64,000 nucleotides of DNA, taken from an uncultured Clostridia bacterium. GTDB taxonomy: Bacteria > Bacillota > Clostridia > Christensenellales > Aristaeellaceae. Numbering within the stretch: the stretch's first letter is position 1; each line of letters starts with the position of its first letter. The translations under genes were made by a program, and so were the position numbers. The notes under the pieces are model-generated. The model made no database searches. It saw only the letters and a program-made list of their open reading frames with translations, and was not told the DNA's origin. Shown piece by piece: positions 47,525 to 58,006 of this stretch. The DNA lies in contig CAMKEI010000003.1 in the NCBI GenBank assembly GCA_946411525.1, positions 31,892 through 95,891 on the forward strand, written 5' to 3'.

Positions 47525-48547
47525 ATGAATGAGTTTCTTTTCAACATCCTGGCCTGGATCCGGAGCTGGGTCGGAAGCTGGGGCTGGACTATGGTGGTCT
47601 TTACCATCATGATCCGTCTGGTGCTGACGCCGCTGGACATCAAGAGCCGCGTAAGCATGCGCAAGACCACGAAGCTGCAGCCGCAGCTGCAGGCCCTGCA
47701 AAAGAAGTACGCCAACGACAAGGAAAAACTGAATGCCAAAACGGCGGAACTGTACAAGAAAGCGCACGTGAATCCGCTGTCCAGCTGCCTGCCGCTGCTG
47801 CTGACCTGGCCGATTCTGATCGCCGTGTTCGGAGCGATGCGGATGGCGGCCAACAAAGAGCTGCTGCTACAGCTGTCCCAGATCCTGAACAACGAGGTCC
47901 CCACGCTTGAAAAATGGCTGTGGATCAAGAACCTGTGGATGCCGGACAGCCTGTTCGCTGCGTCCATGCCTGACCTGAATACGCTGCGCCAGATTCCGAC
48001 AGACCAGTGGCTGACCTGGTTCAACGGACTGGATCAGAGCAACCTGCCCGTGCTGATCAAAGATCTCGGACTGACGGCGGACAGTTTCAGCCAGGCCAAC
48101 CTGGCGGCGACGCTGAACAGTATGATCGGTACGCTGAGCGAACCAGGTGCAATTTTCCAGAACGCTGCCTACGCGGAGGCGGTGGCGATTAAACCCGGCT
48201 GGACATTTAACCTGCTGATTACCCAATTCTCACTGGTCAATTCCTTCAACGGCCTGCTGCTTCTGCCCATCCTGTCTGCGGTCAGCCAGCTGGCGATGAC
48301 CAAACTCATGGGCGGCAGCCAACCGCAGCCTGCCGCACAGGGCCAACCGAATACCGGGAAATTCATGCAGTATTTCTTCCCGATCTTTTCCCTGGTAATC
48401 TGTCTGAGCTACTCAGCCGCGTTTGCGCTGTACTGGGTGTCCGGCAACCTGGTGGTCATGGGTCAGACATACGCGATCAACAAGTATCTGGATATAAAGG
48501 AAAGTAAAACGGCCGAAGATGTGGCCGGGGAAGGAAGCGTAAAATGA
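47525..48547 (+). CDS. yidC: Membrane protein insertase YidC/Oxa1
   Basis: WGWTMVVFTIMIRLVLTPL, LQPQLQALQKKY, NPLSSCLPLL, WLWIKNL..PD, ALYWVSGN. Confidence 0.93.
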   Translation: MNEFLFNILAWIRSWVGSWGWTMVVFTIMIRLVLTPLDIKSRVSMRKTTKLQPQLQALQKKYANDKEKLNAKTAELYKKAHVNPLSSCLPLLLTWPILIAVFGAMRMAANKELLLQLSQILNNEVPTLEKWLWIKNLWMPDSLFAASMPDLNTLRQIPTDQWLTWFNGLDQSNLPVLIKDLGLTADSFSQANLAATLNSMIGTLSEPGAIFQNAAYAEAVAIKPGWTFNLLITQFSLVNSFNGLLLLPILSAVSQLAMTKLMGGSQPQPAAQGQPNTGKFMQYFFPIFSLVICLSYSAAFALYWVSGNLVVMGQTYAINKYLDIKESKTAEDVAGEGSVK

Positions 48548-49470
48548 AGCAGTATGAGTTTTCCGCCAGGACTGAAGACGAAGCCGTGGAGCTTGGACTT
48601 CAGGAGCTTGGTGTTTCCATTGCGGACGTCGAAGTACAGGTTGTGGAAGAAGGCAGTAAAGGCCTGTTCGGCCTGTTCGGTTCCCGTCCGGTCAGAGTCC
48701 GCCTGACGCTGAAGGACGCCGAGGAAGATCCGCTGGCTGATCTGCTGGAGGACAAGCCGGAGAAGAAACCGGAACCCAAGACGGAGAAAAAAGCTGAGAA
48801 GAAGGCAGAAAAGAAAAGCGAAAAAGGCGAGAAAAAGAGCGATAAAGCTGAAAAGAAAACGGAGAAGAAAGCAGCGCCCAAGGCAGAGATAAAAACCGAA
48901 CCCGCCGCGGACGCTGAAAAAGAAGCGGCTGCTGAAGGGAAGAAGGCCGTGAAGCCTGAGATCCGTCCGATAGAGAAACCGGAAGTCACGATGATTCCCG
49001 CCGAAGAGCTGGCGGAGGATTCTCCCGCCGGCATTGCGCACGCCTTCCTGATGGAACTGACGAAACTGATGGGCGTGGATGTGACCATCGATATGGGCAC
49101 TGACGCTGAAGGCAATGTTTTCGGATTCATCAACGGCGATACGCTGGGCATCCTGATCGGACGCCGGGGTGAAACGCTGGACGCGGTGCAGTATCTGACC
49201 AGCCTGAAGGTGAACCGGGGCCGCGAGGGCTACACCCGGGTTACCCTGGACACGGAGAATTACCGGGCAAAGCGGGAAGACACCCTGATCCGCCTGGCGA
49301 ACCGGATGGCGAACCGGGCGCTTCGCACCGGACGGAAAGTGAGCCTGGAGCCCATGAATCCATATGAGCGCCGGATCATCCATTATGCGCTGCAGCAGAC
49401 GGAAGGCGTGGACACGCATTCCGAAGGTGAAGAACCGAACCGCCACGTAGTTATTACCCAGAAGAAATAA
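48544..49470 (+). CDS. jag: RNA-binding protein Jag/EloR/KhpB
   Basis: Jag_N (GSKGLFGLFG), Lys/Glu-rich linker, KH (LIGRRGETLDAVQ), R3H (PMNPYERRIIH). Confidence 0.95.
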   Translation: MKQYEFSARTEDEAVELGLQELGVSIADVEVQVVEEGSKGLFGLFGSRPVRVRLTLKDAEEDPLADLLEDKPEKKPEPKTEKKAEKKAEKKSEKGEKKSDKAEKKTEKKAAPKAEIKTEPAADAEKEAAAEGKKAVKPEIRPIEKPEVTMIPAEELAEDSPAGIAHAFLMELTKLMGVDVTIDMGTDAEGNVFGFINGDTLGILIGRRGETLDAVQYLTSLKVNRGREGYTRVTLDTENYRAKREDTLIRLANRMANRALRTGRKVSLEPMNPYERRIIHYALQQTEGVDTHSEGEEPNRHVVITQKK

Positions 49471-49488
49471 GCCACGGAGGGAATAACA

Positions 49489-50769
49489 ATGTTAGATATC
49501 AATCTGATCCGGAATAATCCGGACAAGGTCCGGGAGAACATTCGGAAGAAGTTCCAGGATGAAAAACTGCCGATGGTGGACGAAGTGATCCGTCTGGACC
49601 GGGAATTCAGGGACGCGATCCAGCAGGGCGACAACCTGCGCAACAAGCGCAAGACCCTGTCCAAGCAGATCGGAGGACTGCTCGGAAAAGGTGAGAAGGA
49701 AGAAGCCGAAAAGGTCAAGGTGGAAGTGGCCGCCATGGCTGACGAGCTGGCCGCGCTGGAGGCGAAGGAAGAAGAGCTGAAGGCAGAGATCCGCAAGCGG
49801 ATGCTTGTTATTCCGAACATCATCGACGACAGCGTGCCGATCGGCAGGGATGACAGCGAGAACGTCGAGATTCAGCGTTACGGCGAGCCGGCAGTGCCTG
49901 AATGGGAGATCCCTTATCATGTGGATATCATGGAACGGCTGAACGGCATCGATCTGGATGCCGCGCGCAAAACAAGCGGCAACGGCTTTTACTACTTGAT
50001 GGGCGACGTCGCGCGGCTGCACAGCGCGATCCTGAGTTATGCCCGGGATTTCATGATCGACCGCGGATTTACCTATGTGGTTCCGCCGTTCATGATTCAC
50101 GGCAACGTGGTGACAGGTGTCATGAGCTTCGCTGAGATGGAAAACATGATGTACAAGATCGAAGGCGAAGATCTTTACCTGATCGGCACGTCCGAGCATT
50201 CGATGATCGGTAAGTTCATTGACACGATCCTGGACGAGGACCAGCTGCCCCAGACGCTGACGAGCTACAGCCCCTGCTTCCGCAAGGAAGTAGGGGCCCA
50301 CGGCATCGAGGAGCGCGGCGTATACCGCATCCACCAGTTTGAAAAGCAGGAAATGATTGTGATCTGCAAGCCCGAGGAAAGCCCGATGTGGTTCGACCGG
50401 CTGTGGCAGAACACGGTGGATTTCTTCCGGACGCTGGATATTCCGGTGCGCACGCTGGAATGCTGCAGCGGTGATCTGGCCGACCTGAAGGTGAAGAGCC
50501 TGGATGTGGAAGCCTGGTCTCCCCGTCAGAAGAAGTATTTTGAGGTCGGCAGCTGCTCGAACCTGGGCGACGCCCAGGCCCGGAGGCTGCAGATCCGCGT
50601 GAAAGGTGCGGATGGCAGCAAATATCTGGCCCATACGCTGAACAACACCTGCGTGGCACCGCCGCGGATGCTGATTGCCTTCCTGGAAAACAACCTGCGG
50701 GCGGACGGCACGGTAGCGATTCCCGAAGCGCTGAGGATGTATATGGGTGGGAAAGACCATATTGGCTGA
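49489..50769 (+). CDS. serS: Serine--tRNA ligase
   Basis: MLDINLIR, YLIGTSEH, CFRKEVG, GVYRIHQFEKQE, EVGSCSN, HTLNNT. Confidence 0.97.
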   Translation: MLDINLIRNNPDKVRENIRKKFQDEKLPMVDEVIRLDREFRDAIQQGDNLRNKRKTLSKQIGGLLGKGEKEEAEKVKVEVAAMADELAALEAKEEELKAEIRKRMLVIPNIIDDSVPIGRDDSENVEIQRYGEPAVPEWEIPYHVDIMERLNGIDLDAARKTSGNGFYYLMGDVARLHSAILSYARDFMIDRGFTYVVPPFMIHGNVVTGVMSFAEMENMMYKIEGEDLYLIGTSEHSMIGKFIDTILDEDQLPQTLTSYSPCFRKEVGAHGIEERGVYRIHQFEKQEMIVICKPEESPMWFDRLWQNTVDFFRTLDIPVRTLECCSGDLADLKVKSLDVEAWSPRQKKYFEVGSCSNLGDAQARRLQIRVKGADGSKYLAHTLNNTCVAPPRMLIAFLENNLRADGTVAIPEALRMYMGGKDHIG

Positions 50770-50795
50770 TTTATCATTCACAATTCATCATTTAT
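50768..50795 (+). repeat. Heptamer tandem array
   Basis: gatttat-cattcac-aattcat-catttat. Confidence 0.7.
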
Positions 50796-50830
50796 TATGA
50801 TGGATTTGCGGATACGGCGAGGAAACCGAA

Positions 50831-51745
50831 ATGTCAGAAGAAAAAAAGAAGGGTTTATTTGCAAGGCTTCGCGAGGGCCTGAGCAAAACCCGGGGAAACA
50901 TGACCGAAAAAGTCGATGACATGGTCCGGGAGAACCGGAAGATTGACGAAGACTTTTATGAAGAACTGGAAGATATCCTGCTCATGGCTGACTGCGGCCT
51001 GAAGGCGACCACGGAGATCGTGGACGAGCTGAGAAACCGCGTGAAAGCCGGCAAGGTAAAAGACGCAGCCGAGGCGCGGGAAATGCTCAAGCAAATCATG
51101 GTGGAGCAGATGGACATCCCTCGGCCGCCGCTGAAGTGGCCCATGGTGATGCTGATCGTCGGCGTGAACGGCGTCGGCAAGACTACAACCATCGGGAAAC
51201 TGGCGCTGCGCTTTCAGGCCATCGGCCGGAAGGTGATGCTGTGCGCGGGAGACACATTCCGCGCAGCAGCGGCGGACCAGCTGACCGTCTGGGCGGAACG
51301 CGCCCGCGTGCCGATCGTCAGACACGCCGAAGGTGCGGATCCGGCGGCGGTGGTTTTTGACGCCATCAGGTCCGCAAAAGCCCAGGGCGCGGACCTGCTG
51401 ATCATCGATACCGCCGGACGGCTGCACAACAAAAAGAACCTGATGGATGAACTGAGCAAAATGCGCCGGGTCATCGACCGGGAATTCCCGGAAGCAGACA
51501 CCCGCTGCATCCTGGTACTGGACGCCACCACCGGCCAGAACGGCCTGATGCAGGCCCGGGCCTTCAAGGAGGTCGCCGAGATCGGCGGCATCATCCTGTC
51601 GAAGCTGGACGGCACCGCCAAAGGCGGTATCGCGCTGGCGATCCGGCAGGAACTGGAAGTGCCGGTATGGTACGTCGGCGTCGGAGAAGGCATTGATGAC
51701 TTACAGCCATTTAATGCCAAAGATTTTGTCGAAGCACTATTCTGA
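50831..51745 (+). CDS. ftsY: Signal recognition particle receptor FtsY
   Basis: GLSKTR, GVNGVGKTTTIGKLA, DTFRAAA, DTAGRL, DATTGQN, SKLDGTAKGG. Confidence 0.97.
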   Translation: MSEEKKKGLFARLREGLSKTRGNMTEKVDDMVRENRKIDEDFYEELEDILLMADCGLKATTEIVDELRNRVKAGKVKDAAEAREMLKQIMVEQMDIPRPPLKWPMVMLIVGVNGVGKTTTIGKLALRFQAIGRKVMLCAGDTFRAAAADQLTVWAERARVPIVRHAEGADPAAVVFDAIRSAKAQGADLLIIDTAGRLHNKKNLMDELSKMRRVIDREFPEADTRCILVLDATTGQNGLMQARAFKEVAEIGGIILSKLDGTAKGGIALAIRQELEVPVWYVGVGEGIDDLQPFNAKDFVEALF

Positions 51746-51760
51746 TGGAGGAAAACCGAT

Positions 51761-53140
51761 ATGGCTGAACTGACAATGGACAAGCTGGTGGCCCTGTGCA
51801 AAAACCGCGGCTTTATTTTCGCGGGTTCCGAGATCTACGGCGGTCTGGCGAATACCTGGGACTACGGCCCGCTGGGCGTGGAGTTCAAGAATAATGTAAA
51901 GAAGGCCTGGTGGCAAAAATTCGTGCAGGAGAGCAAGTACAACACGGGTCTCGACTGCGCGATCCTGATGAACCGGGAAGTCTGGGTGGCCAGCGGCCAC
52001 GTGGGCGGATTCAACGATCCGCTGATGGACTGCAAGGCCTGTAAAGCCCGCTTCCGCGCGGACAAGCTGATTGAGGATTATACCAAAGGCGCGGAGACCG
52101 GCGACGGCTGGAGCAATGCCGAGCTGGAGCAATTTATCGCCGAGCACGACATCGTATGCCCGGTATGCGGCAAAAAGGATTTCACAGGCATCCGCCAGTT
52201 CAACCTGATGTTCAAGACCTTCGCGGGCGTGAACGAGGACAGCGCGAATGAGATCTATCTGCGGCCCGAGACGGCGCAGGGTATCTTTGTGAACTTCCAG
52301 AATGCGATGCGGACCACCCGGAAGAAGCTGCCTGCCGGCATTGCCCAGATCGGCAAATCCTTCCGGAACGAGATCACGCCCGGCAACTTCATTTTCCGGG
52401 TACGCGAGTTCGAGCAGATGGAACTGGAATTCTTCTGCAAGCCAGGTGAGGACCTGGAATGGTTCAACTACTGGCGCGGCTTCTGCCGGGATTGGCTGCT
52501 GAGTCTGGGTCTTAAGGAAGAAAGCCTGCGGCTGCGGGATCATGAGCCGGAAAAGCTGGCCTTCTATTCCAAGGCTACGACGGACTTCGAGTTCCTGTTC
52601 CCCTTCGGCTGGGGTGAACTATGGGGTGTGGCGGACCGCACTGACTACGATCTGACCCAGCACCAGGAGCATTCCGGCAAGAGTATGGAATATCTGGATC
52701 CGGTGACGAATGAGAAGTATATTCCGTACTGTATAGAGCCTTCCCTGGGCGTGGACCGGATGGTCCTGGCCTTCCTGTGCAACGCCTATGACGAACAGGA
52801 ACTGGAGGGCGGCGACGTCCGCACGGTGCTGCACCTGCACCCCGCGCTGGCGCCGTACAAGGCTGCAGTGCTGCCCCTGCAGAAGAACAAACTGGGCGGA
52901 CTGGCCGGAGAGATCCACGCGGAACTGTGCAAATATTTCCCGGTGGAATATGACGAGACAGGCTCCATCGGCAAACGGTACCGTCGCCAGGACGAGATCG
53001 GCACGCCCTTCAGCATCTGCGTCGACTTCGAAACCGAAGAGACCCAGACCGTTACAATCCGTGACCGGGACACCATGGAACAGGTACGTGTTCCGATCAG
53101 CGAAGTGCGTAAATATATCGAAGACAGAATGAGGTTCTGA
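51761..53140 (+). CDS. glyQS: Glycine--tRNA ligase (homodimeric type)
   Basis: [73 protein letters not shown]. Confidence 0.97.
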   Translation: MAELTMDKLVALCKNRGFIFAGSEIYGGLANTWDYGPLGVEFKNNVKKAWWQKFVQESKYNTGLDCAILMNREVWVASGHVGGFNDPLMDCKACKARFRADKLIEDYTKGAETGDGWSNAELEQFIAEHDIVCPVCGKKDFTGIRQFNLMFKTFAGVNEDSANEIYLRPETAQGIFVNFQNAMRTTRKKLPAGIAQIGKSFRNEITPGNFIFRVREFEQMELEFFCKPGEDLEWFNYWRGFCRDWLLSLGLKEESLRLRDHEPEKLAFYSKATTDFEFLFPFGWGELWGVADRTDYDLTQHQEHSGKSMEYLDPVTNEKYIPYCIEPSLGVDRMVLAFLCNAYDEQELEGGDVRTVLHLHPALAPYKAAVLPLQKNKLGGLAGEIHAELCKYFPVEYDETGSIGKRYRRQDEIGTPFSICVDFETEETQTVTIRDRDTMEQVRVPISEVRKYIEDRMRF

Positions 53141-53142
53141 GA

Positions 53143-53169
53143 AAAAGGCGTTCCGCGTGAACGCCTTTT
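53143..53169 (+). terminator. Terminator after glyQS
   Basis: AAAAGGCGTTC-cgcgt-GAACGCCTTTT. Confidence 0.8.
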
Positions 53170-53185
53170 CCCAACGGAGGAAAAT

Positions 53186-53746
53186 ATGCGGATCGATGAG
53201 ATCACAGTGGGTATGGTACAGACCTGCTGCTATATCCTGAGCAGGGATGACGGAACAGAGTGCATCGTGATTGATCCGGGCGCCGAAGCAGCACGAATCC
53301 GAAAGGCTGCCGACGGACGGAAGATCGTGGCGATCCTGTTGACCCACGGGCATTTTGATCATATCGGAGCAGTGCGGGACCTGATGGAGAAAGACACAAA
53401 GCTGGTGATCCACGAAATGGACGCGCGGATGCTGGGCGATCCGGAACTGAACGCCGGAAAAGGCCTGCTGGGACGGTCAATCACCGCGCCGGAAGCCACA
53501 GATACCGTCAGGGAAGGCGACGAACTGGAACTGGCAGGGCTTAAGATCAAGGTGCTACACACTCCCGGACATACGCCTGGGAGCGTGTGCTATGAGATTG
53601 AAGGTGAGTTGTTTACCGGGGACACGTTGTTTGAGTACGGCTGGGGACGGACGGATCTGCCGGGCGGCAGCGATGAACAGATGAGGGCTTCGCTGAACCG
53701 GCTGAAGCCGATCGTCAGGACGACGCCGATTCACCCCGGTCACTGA
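53186..53746 (+). CDS. MBL-fold metallo-hydrolase (glyoxalase II-like)
   Basis: IDPG, THGHFDHIGA, HTPGHTPGS, FTGDTLF, GRTDLPGG, IHPGH. Confidence 0.92.
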   Translation: MRIDEITVGMVQTCCYILSRDDGTECIVIDPGAEAARIRKAADGRKIVAILLTHGHFDHIGAVRDLMEKDTKLVIHEMDARMLGDPELNAGKGLLGRSITAPEATDTVREGDELELAGLKIKVLHTPGHTPGSVCYEIEGELFTGDTLFEYGWGRTDLPGGSDEQMRASLNRLKPIVRTTPIHPGH

Positions 53747-53808
53747 CAGGGAGATTCTCTGTCTGTCCGTTCGGATTTACTGATTAAAGCAATAAAGAGG
53801 AAGCTGCC

Positions 53809-54258
53809 ATGAGAGCTGTTGTACAACGCGTTACCAACGCTTCGGTTACCGTTGAAAACGAAACGGTCGGAGCAATCGGCCCAGGGATTATGGTACTGGT
53901 CGGCGTATCCGACGGAGATACAGACAGGGACCTGAAGTATATCGTCGATAAGGTGATGAACCTGCGGATCTTCGACGATGAGAACGGGGTGATGAACCGT
54001 TCTGTGCTGGATACAGGCGGGAGCATCCTCGCGGTATCCCAGTTCACCCTGTACGGCGACGCCCGGGGCGGCAGAAGGCCTTCCTATATCCGGGCGGCCG
54101 GACCGGAACCGGCTAACGTGATGTATGAGCGGGCGGTTGCCGCCTGGCGGGAGGCCGGCATTCATGTGGAGACGGGACGTTTCCGGACGGAGATGATGGT
54201 TTCCCTTGTGAACGACGGCCCGGTCACGATTCTGCTGGACAGCGAAAAAGCGTTCTGA
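53809..54258 (+). CDS. dtd: D-aminoacyl-tRNA deacylase
   Basis: [31 protein letters not shown]. Confidence 0.97.
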   Translation: MRAVVQRVTNASVTVENETVGAIGPGIMVLVGVSDGDTDRDLKYIVDKVMNLRIFDDENGVMNRSVLDTGGSILAVSQFTLYGDARGGRRPSYIRAAGPEPANVMYERAVAAWREAGIHVETGRFRTEMMVSLVNDGPVTILLDSEKAF

Positions 54259-54277
54259 TCTGATCAGAGCGCTTTTT
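54245..54277. terminator. Bidirectional terminator between dtd and hemZ
   Basis: AAAAAGCGTTCTGAT-ctg-ATCAGAGCGCTTTTT. Confidence 0.85.
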
Positions 54278-55715
54278 ATTTCAGGAACAGTTCGGTTTTT
54301 CGCCGTATCATCTCATCGGTACGCGTCAGGTAATCATGAATATTGCTGACGTTGGGCGCCCGCTCGATATGGCCTTCCTCCGGGAAAATCCGCTTGGAGA
54401 TTCCGCCGGCGCCCATGGCAAGGATATGGCTGGTTTCCTCCATGATATCCACATTGTACAGGCAGGCGTGTCCCGGCAGGGCATAGCCGGTATTTTCCAG
54501 ATTACCGGCCATATATTTCTGTTTGTACAGATAGTACGGCACCATGCCCAGTGACCGCGCCGTCTCCCGCCCGGCTTCCACCATGCGTGCGGTCATTTCC
54601 CCGTCAGGCAGGGGATGATTTTCCAGGCTCATTCTGGAAGACCGCTTGATTGCCAGCGTATGCACGGTCAGGCTTTCCGGCTTCAGTTTCCGGGCTTCGT
54701 CCATAGTATGGGCGAAGTCCTGCTCATTTTCCCCGGGCAGGCCGGCGATGACGTCCATGTTGATATGGGGAACCGCTTCCTCCCGGGCAAGGGTATAGGC
54801 GTCCCGGACCTGTTGTGCGGTATGCGCCCGGCCGATGATCTTCAGCGTCCGGTCGTTCATCGTCTGGGGATTGATGGAGATCCGGCTGAAGCCGGCGTTC
54901 CGGATCGCGCGGAGTTTTTCCCGGGTCAGGGTATCCGGCCTTCCGGCTTCCACGGTATATTCCATAGCGCCCGGAAAACAGCCGGCAGTCTCCGCCATCA
55001 GGCGTTCAAAGGCGTCCTGCGGCAGGGCTGTCGGCGTCCCGCCGCCTATGTACAGGGCACGCAGTTTCCGCCCGCTGTCCCGCAGGATTTCCCTGCAGGC
55101 CCGCATTTCCCGGACCAGCGCGTCCATATAGGGACTTACCAGGCTCCCGTCCCCGATCTCCCCGGAAGAGAAGGAGCAATAAGCACAGCGGGTCGTACAG
55201 AAGGGGATGCCGATATAGACGTCCATCCATTCGCCTCCGGGAGCGGGGAGTTTTTCCTGCACTGCTGCAATCTCCGCCAGCAGCGCGGCCCGATCAGGCG
55301 CAACATCGAAGTCCGTGACGAGCCGATCGACGGCGGCTTCCGGGGTCAGACCCTCTTTCAGGGCTTCCAGCATCAGATGTGTCGGGCGTACGCCGGTCAG
55401 GCTGCCCCAGGGAGGACGGATACCGGTCATGTCCCGCAGAAGGTCATAAAGAGCCTGCTTGCACAGGCGGCGGGCAGCCCGCCTGCGGTGCAGGATACGG
55501 ACCCGCGGATTGGAATCGTCCGGCGCGGGAGCGGCGCGCTCCGCGCGGAAACTGTCGGATTCAAAGATGATCCGGAAAAGCCCCTGCTCTTCCCGGGCAT
55601 CCGGGATAAACTTTTTCGGTTCGTCCCAGATACTTTCCGGTAAGCCAAAAAGCCTGGTTAAAACCTTTAACTCCGGCTCAATAGTCTCCAGGTAGGACAT
55701 CAGTTCATGATTCAT
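54276..55715 (-). CDS. hemZ: HemZ-like radical SAM protein (coproporphyrinogen dehydrogenase family)
   Basis: PWGSLTGVRP, YIGIPFCTTRCAYCSF, YIGGGTP, EAGRPD, PYYLYKQK, LENTGY; TAATG coupling with relA. Confidence 0.9.
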   Translation of the reverse strand: MNHELMSYLETIEPELKVLTRLFGLPESIWDEPKKFIPDAREEQGLFRIIFESDSFRAERAAPAPDDSNPRVRILHRRRAARRLCKQALYDLLRDMTGIRPPWGSLTGVRPTHLMLEALKEGLTPEAAVDRLVTDFDVAPDRAALLAEIAAVQEKLPAPGGEWMDVYIGIPFCTTRCAYCSFSSGEIGDGSLVSPYMDALVREMRACREILRDSGRKLRALYIGGGTPTALPQDAFERLMAETAGCFPGAMEYTVEAGRPDTLTREKLRAIRNAGFSRISINPQTMNDRTLKIIGRAHTAQQVRDAYTLAREEAVPHINMDVIAGLPGENEQDFAHTMDEARKLKPESLTVHTLAIKRSSRMSLENHPLPDGEMTARMVEAGRETARSLGMVPYYLYKQKYMAGNLENTGYALPGHACLYNVDIMEETSHILAMGAGGISKRIFPEEGHIERAPNVSNIHDYLTRTDEMIRRKTELFLK

Positions 55716-57919
55716 TACTTTGTCGCTCTGTATACGTCCAGAATATCTGCTTTGTTGCGCAGCGCCTGAATGACCCTGTCCATTTCCTCACGGGAATGGA
55801 CGTCAAGGGTCAGGCGCAGGGTGGAGATACGGGTCTTGTCATCGCTCTGAACTGAAGCGGCCCGGATGGATACGCCGTTCTCGCCGATGATGAAGGCAAT
55901 CTCGCCGAGCATATTGACCCGGTCATAGGCGATGATGGTAATGGTCGCATAGAAAGTGTCCTGCCCATCGCTGGCCCATTCCACGGGGATGCGGCGCTCC
56001 TCTTCGCCGGATGCGGCGTTGACGCACTCCGCCTTATGGATGGTCACACCCCGGCCGCGGGTGATATATCCGACGATCTCATCTCCGGGCACAGGACTGC
56101 AGCACTTGGCAAAGCGGACAGGGATATCCAGATCCTCGCTGCCGGTGAGCACGATGCCGTGATGGGCACGGTGCTGGGTAAGACGCTTTTCCTCCGTGAC
56201 GATGTCGTCCACGGACCGGACGGCCTGGACAGGCTGTTCTTTCGCTTTCTGCTCATCCAGGAGGCGCGTGACGACATAGACCGCCGCCATGCCACCGTAG
56301 CCGACGGCAGCACAGATATCGTCAAAATCCAGGAAGCCGGTGCGCTTCAGGATCGGCTCGAAGTATTCCGGCTTGACAATGTCGGACATACGAACGCCGC
56401 GGCGGGCACATTCCTTTTCAATCATAGAGCGGCCGAGATCCACATTCTCTTCCTTGAGGGCTTTCTTGAGGAACTGCCGGATTTTGGCTTTGGCCTGAGG
56501 CGTTTTGCAGATGCGGAGCCAGTCGCTGCTGGGTCCTTTGGAGGATGCGGACGTCAGGATTTCCACCCGGTCTCCTGTTTCCAGCGGCGTATCGAGGGGG
56601 ATGATCTTGCCGTTGACCTTGGCGCCTACGCACTGATTCCCGACGCCGGAATGGATGCGGTAGGCAAAGTCCAGCGGGGTGGCGCCCTTCGGCATGGAAA
56701 TGACATCGCCCTTGGGGGTGAAAAGGAAAACTTCCTCAGAGAACAGGTCGGTCTTCAGCGTATCAAGGAATTCCCGGGAATCCCGGGTTTCCGTCTGCCA
56801 GTCCAGCATCTGGCGGACCCAGTAAAGCTTGTGATCCAGGGAGTCTTCCTGGGAAGCGCCCTCCTTGTACCGCCAGTGGGCGGCGATGCCGAATTCCGCA
56901 ACCCGATGCATGTCCCAGGTGCGGATCTGTACTTCAAAGGGGAAGGGGATCTTCCGGCCGCCGACGACGGTGGTATGGAGGGACTGATACATATTCACTT
57001 TGGGAACGGAGATATAATCCTTGAAACGGCCGGGTACCTGGTTCCACAGCGTGTGGACGATTCCCAGGACCGTGTAGCAGTCCGGGATGGTATCCACGAT
57101 GACCCGGATGGCGATCAGGTCGTAGATCTGGTCGAAAGGTTTCTGCTGAAGGACCATTTTACGGTAGATGGAATAAAAGTGTTTGCTGCGGCCATCGATC
57201 GTATAGTGAATTCCCTGCTTGTCCAGCCGCTCGGACAGTTCGTCAATGACCAGGCGGATATTCTCTTCCCGTTCCTGGCGCTTCATGCCGACCAGATGGA
57301 CGATGCGGTTGTATCCTTCGGGATCGAGGTATTTGAGGGACAGATCCTCGAGCTCCTGCTTGACGGCGTAAACGCCGAGCCGGTGCGCCAGCGGCGCATA
57401 AATATCCAGCGTTTCCCGGGCGATCGCCACCCTGCGCTCCTCCGGCTGATACCGAAGGGTACGCATATTGTGGAGGCGGTCGGCCAACTTGATGAGCACG
57501 ACCCGGATATCACGGGACATGGCGAGGATCATTTTCCGGAGGGATTCAGCCTGCGCCTCCTCCCGGTTGGCAAAATCCAGTTTGTTCAGTTTGGTGACGC
57601 CGTCCACTAGATCCGCGACTTCGTTGCCGAACTCTTCCCGGATTGTATCCAGGGTGATGCCGGCGCAGTCCTCAACCGTATCGTGAAGGAGTCCCGCGGC
57701 AATGGTCGGCGGATCGATCATCAGTTCCGTGAGGATGGACGCGACCAGGCTCGGATGGGTGAAATAAGGCTCACCGGATTTACGGAACTGGCCTTCGTGC
57801 GCTTTTGATGCGAAGTTCCAGGCTTTTTCCACAAGCTTGTAGCCGTCGCCGGGATGATACTTCTGAACCCGGTTCAGCATCTGATCAAGGGGCATTGCTT
57901 CATAGGACGTGAAAGCCAT
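55715..57919 (-). CDS. relA: Bifunctional (p)ppGpp synthetase/hydrolase Rel
   Basis: HEGQFRKSGEPY..HP, LLHDTVED, KLADRLHNMRTL, YQSLHT, EVQIRT, TGS (DFAYRIHS), CCSPVPGD, ACT. Confidence 0.97.
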   Translation of the reverse strand: MAFTSYEAMPLDQMLNRVQKYHPGDGYKLVEKAWNFASKAHEGQFRKSGEPYFTHPSLVASILTELMIDPPTIAAGLLHDTVEDCAGITLDTIREEFGNEVADLVDGVTKLNKLDFANREEAQAESLRKMILAMSRDIRVVLIKLADRLHNMRTLRYQPEERRVAIARETLDIYAPLAHRLGVYAVKQELEDLSLKYLDPEGYNRIVHLVGMKRQEREENIRLVIDELSERLDKQGIHYTIDGRSKHFYSIYRKMVLQQKPFDQIYDLIAIRVIVDTIPDCYTVLGIVHTLWNQVPGRFKDYISVPKVNMYQSLHTTVVGGRKIPFPFEVQIRTWDMHRVAEFGIAAHWRYKEGASQEDSLDHKLYWVRQMLDWQTETRDSREFLDTLKTDLFSEEVFLFTPKGDVISMPKGATPLDFAYRIHSGVGNQCVGAKVNGKIIPLDTPLETGDRVEILTSASSKGPSSDWLRICKTPQAKAKIRQFLKKALKEENVDLGRSMIEKECARRGVRMSDIVKPEYFEPILKRTGFLDFDDICAAVGYGGMAAVYVVTRLLDEQKAKEQPVQAVRSVDDIVTEEKRLTQHRAHHGIVLTGSEDLDIPVRFAKCCSPVPGDEIVGYITRGRGVTIHKAECVNAASGEEERRIPVEWASDGQDTFYATITIIAYDRVNMLGEIAFIIGENGVSIRAASVQSDDKTRISTLRLTLDVHSREEMDRVIQALRNKADILDVYRATK

Positions 57920-57945
57920 ATCTGCACCTCCCTCCGGTTGGTTTC

Positions 57946-58006
57946 AATTCAGAATTCATAATTAAGGATGGATCATTCGGTATTTTATTCAGGATTCAGA
58001 ATTAAT
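57946..58006 (+). repeat. Two heptamer tandem arrays
   Basis: aattcag-aattcat-aattaag and tattcag-gattcag-aattaat. Confidence 0.75.
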
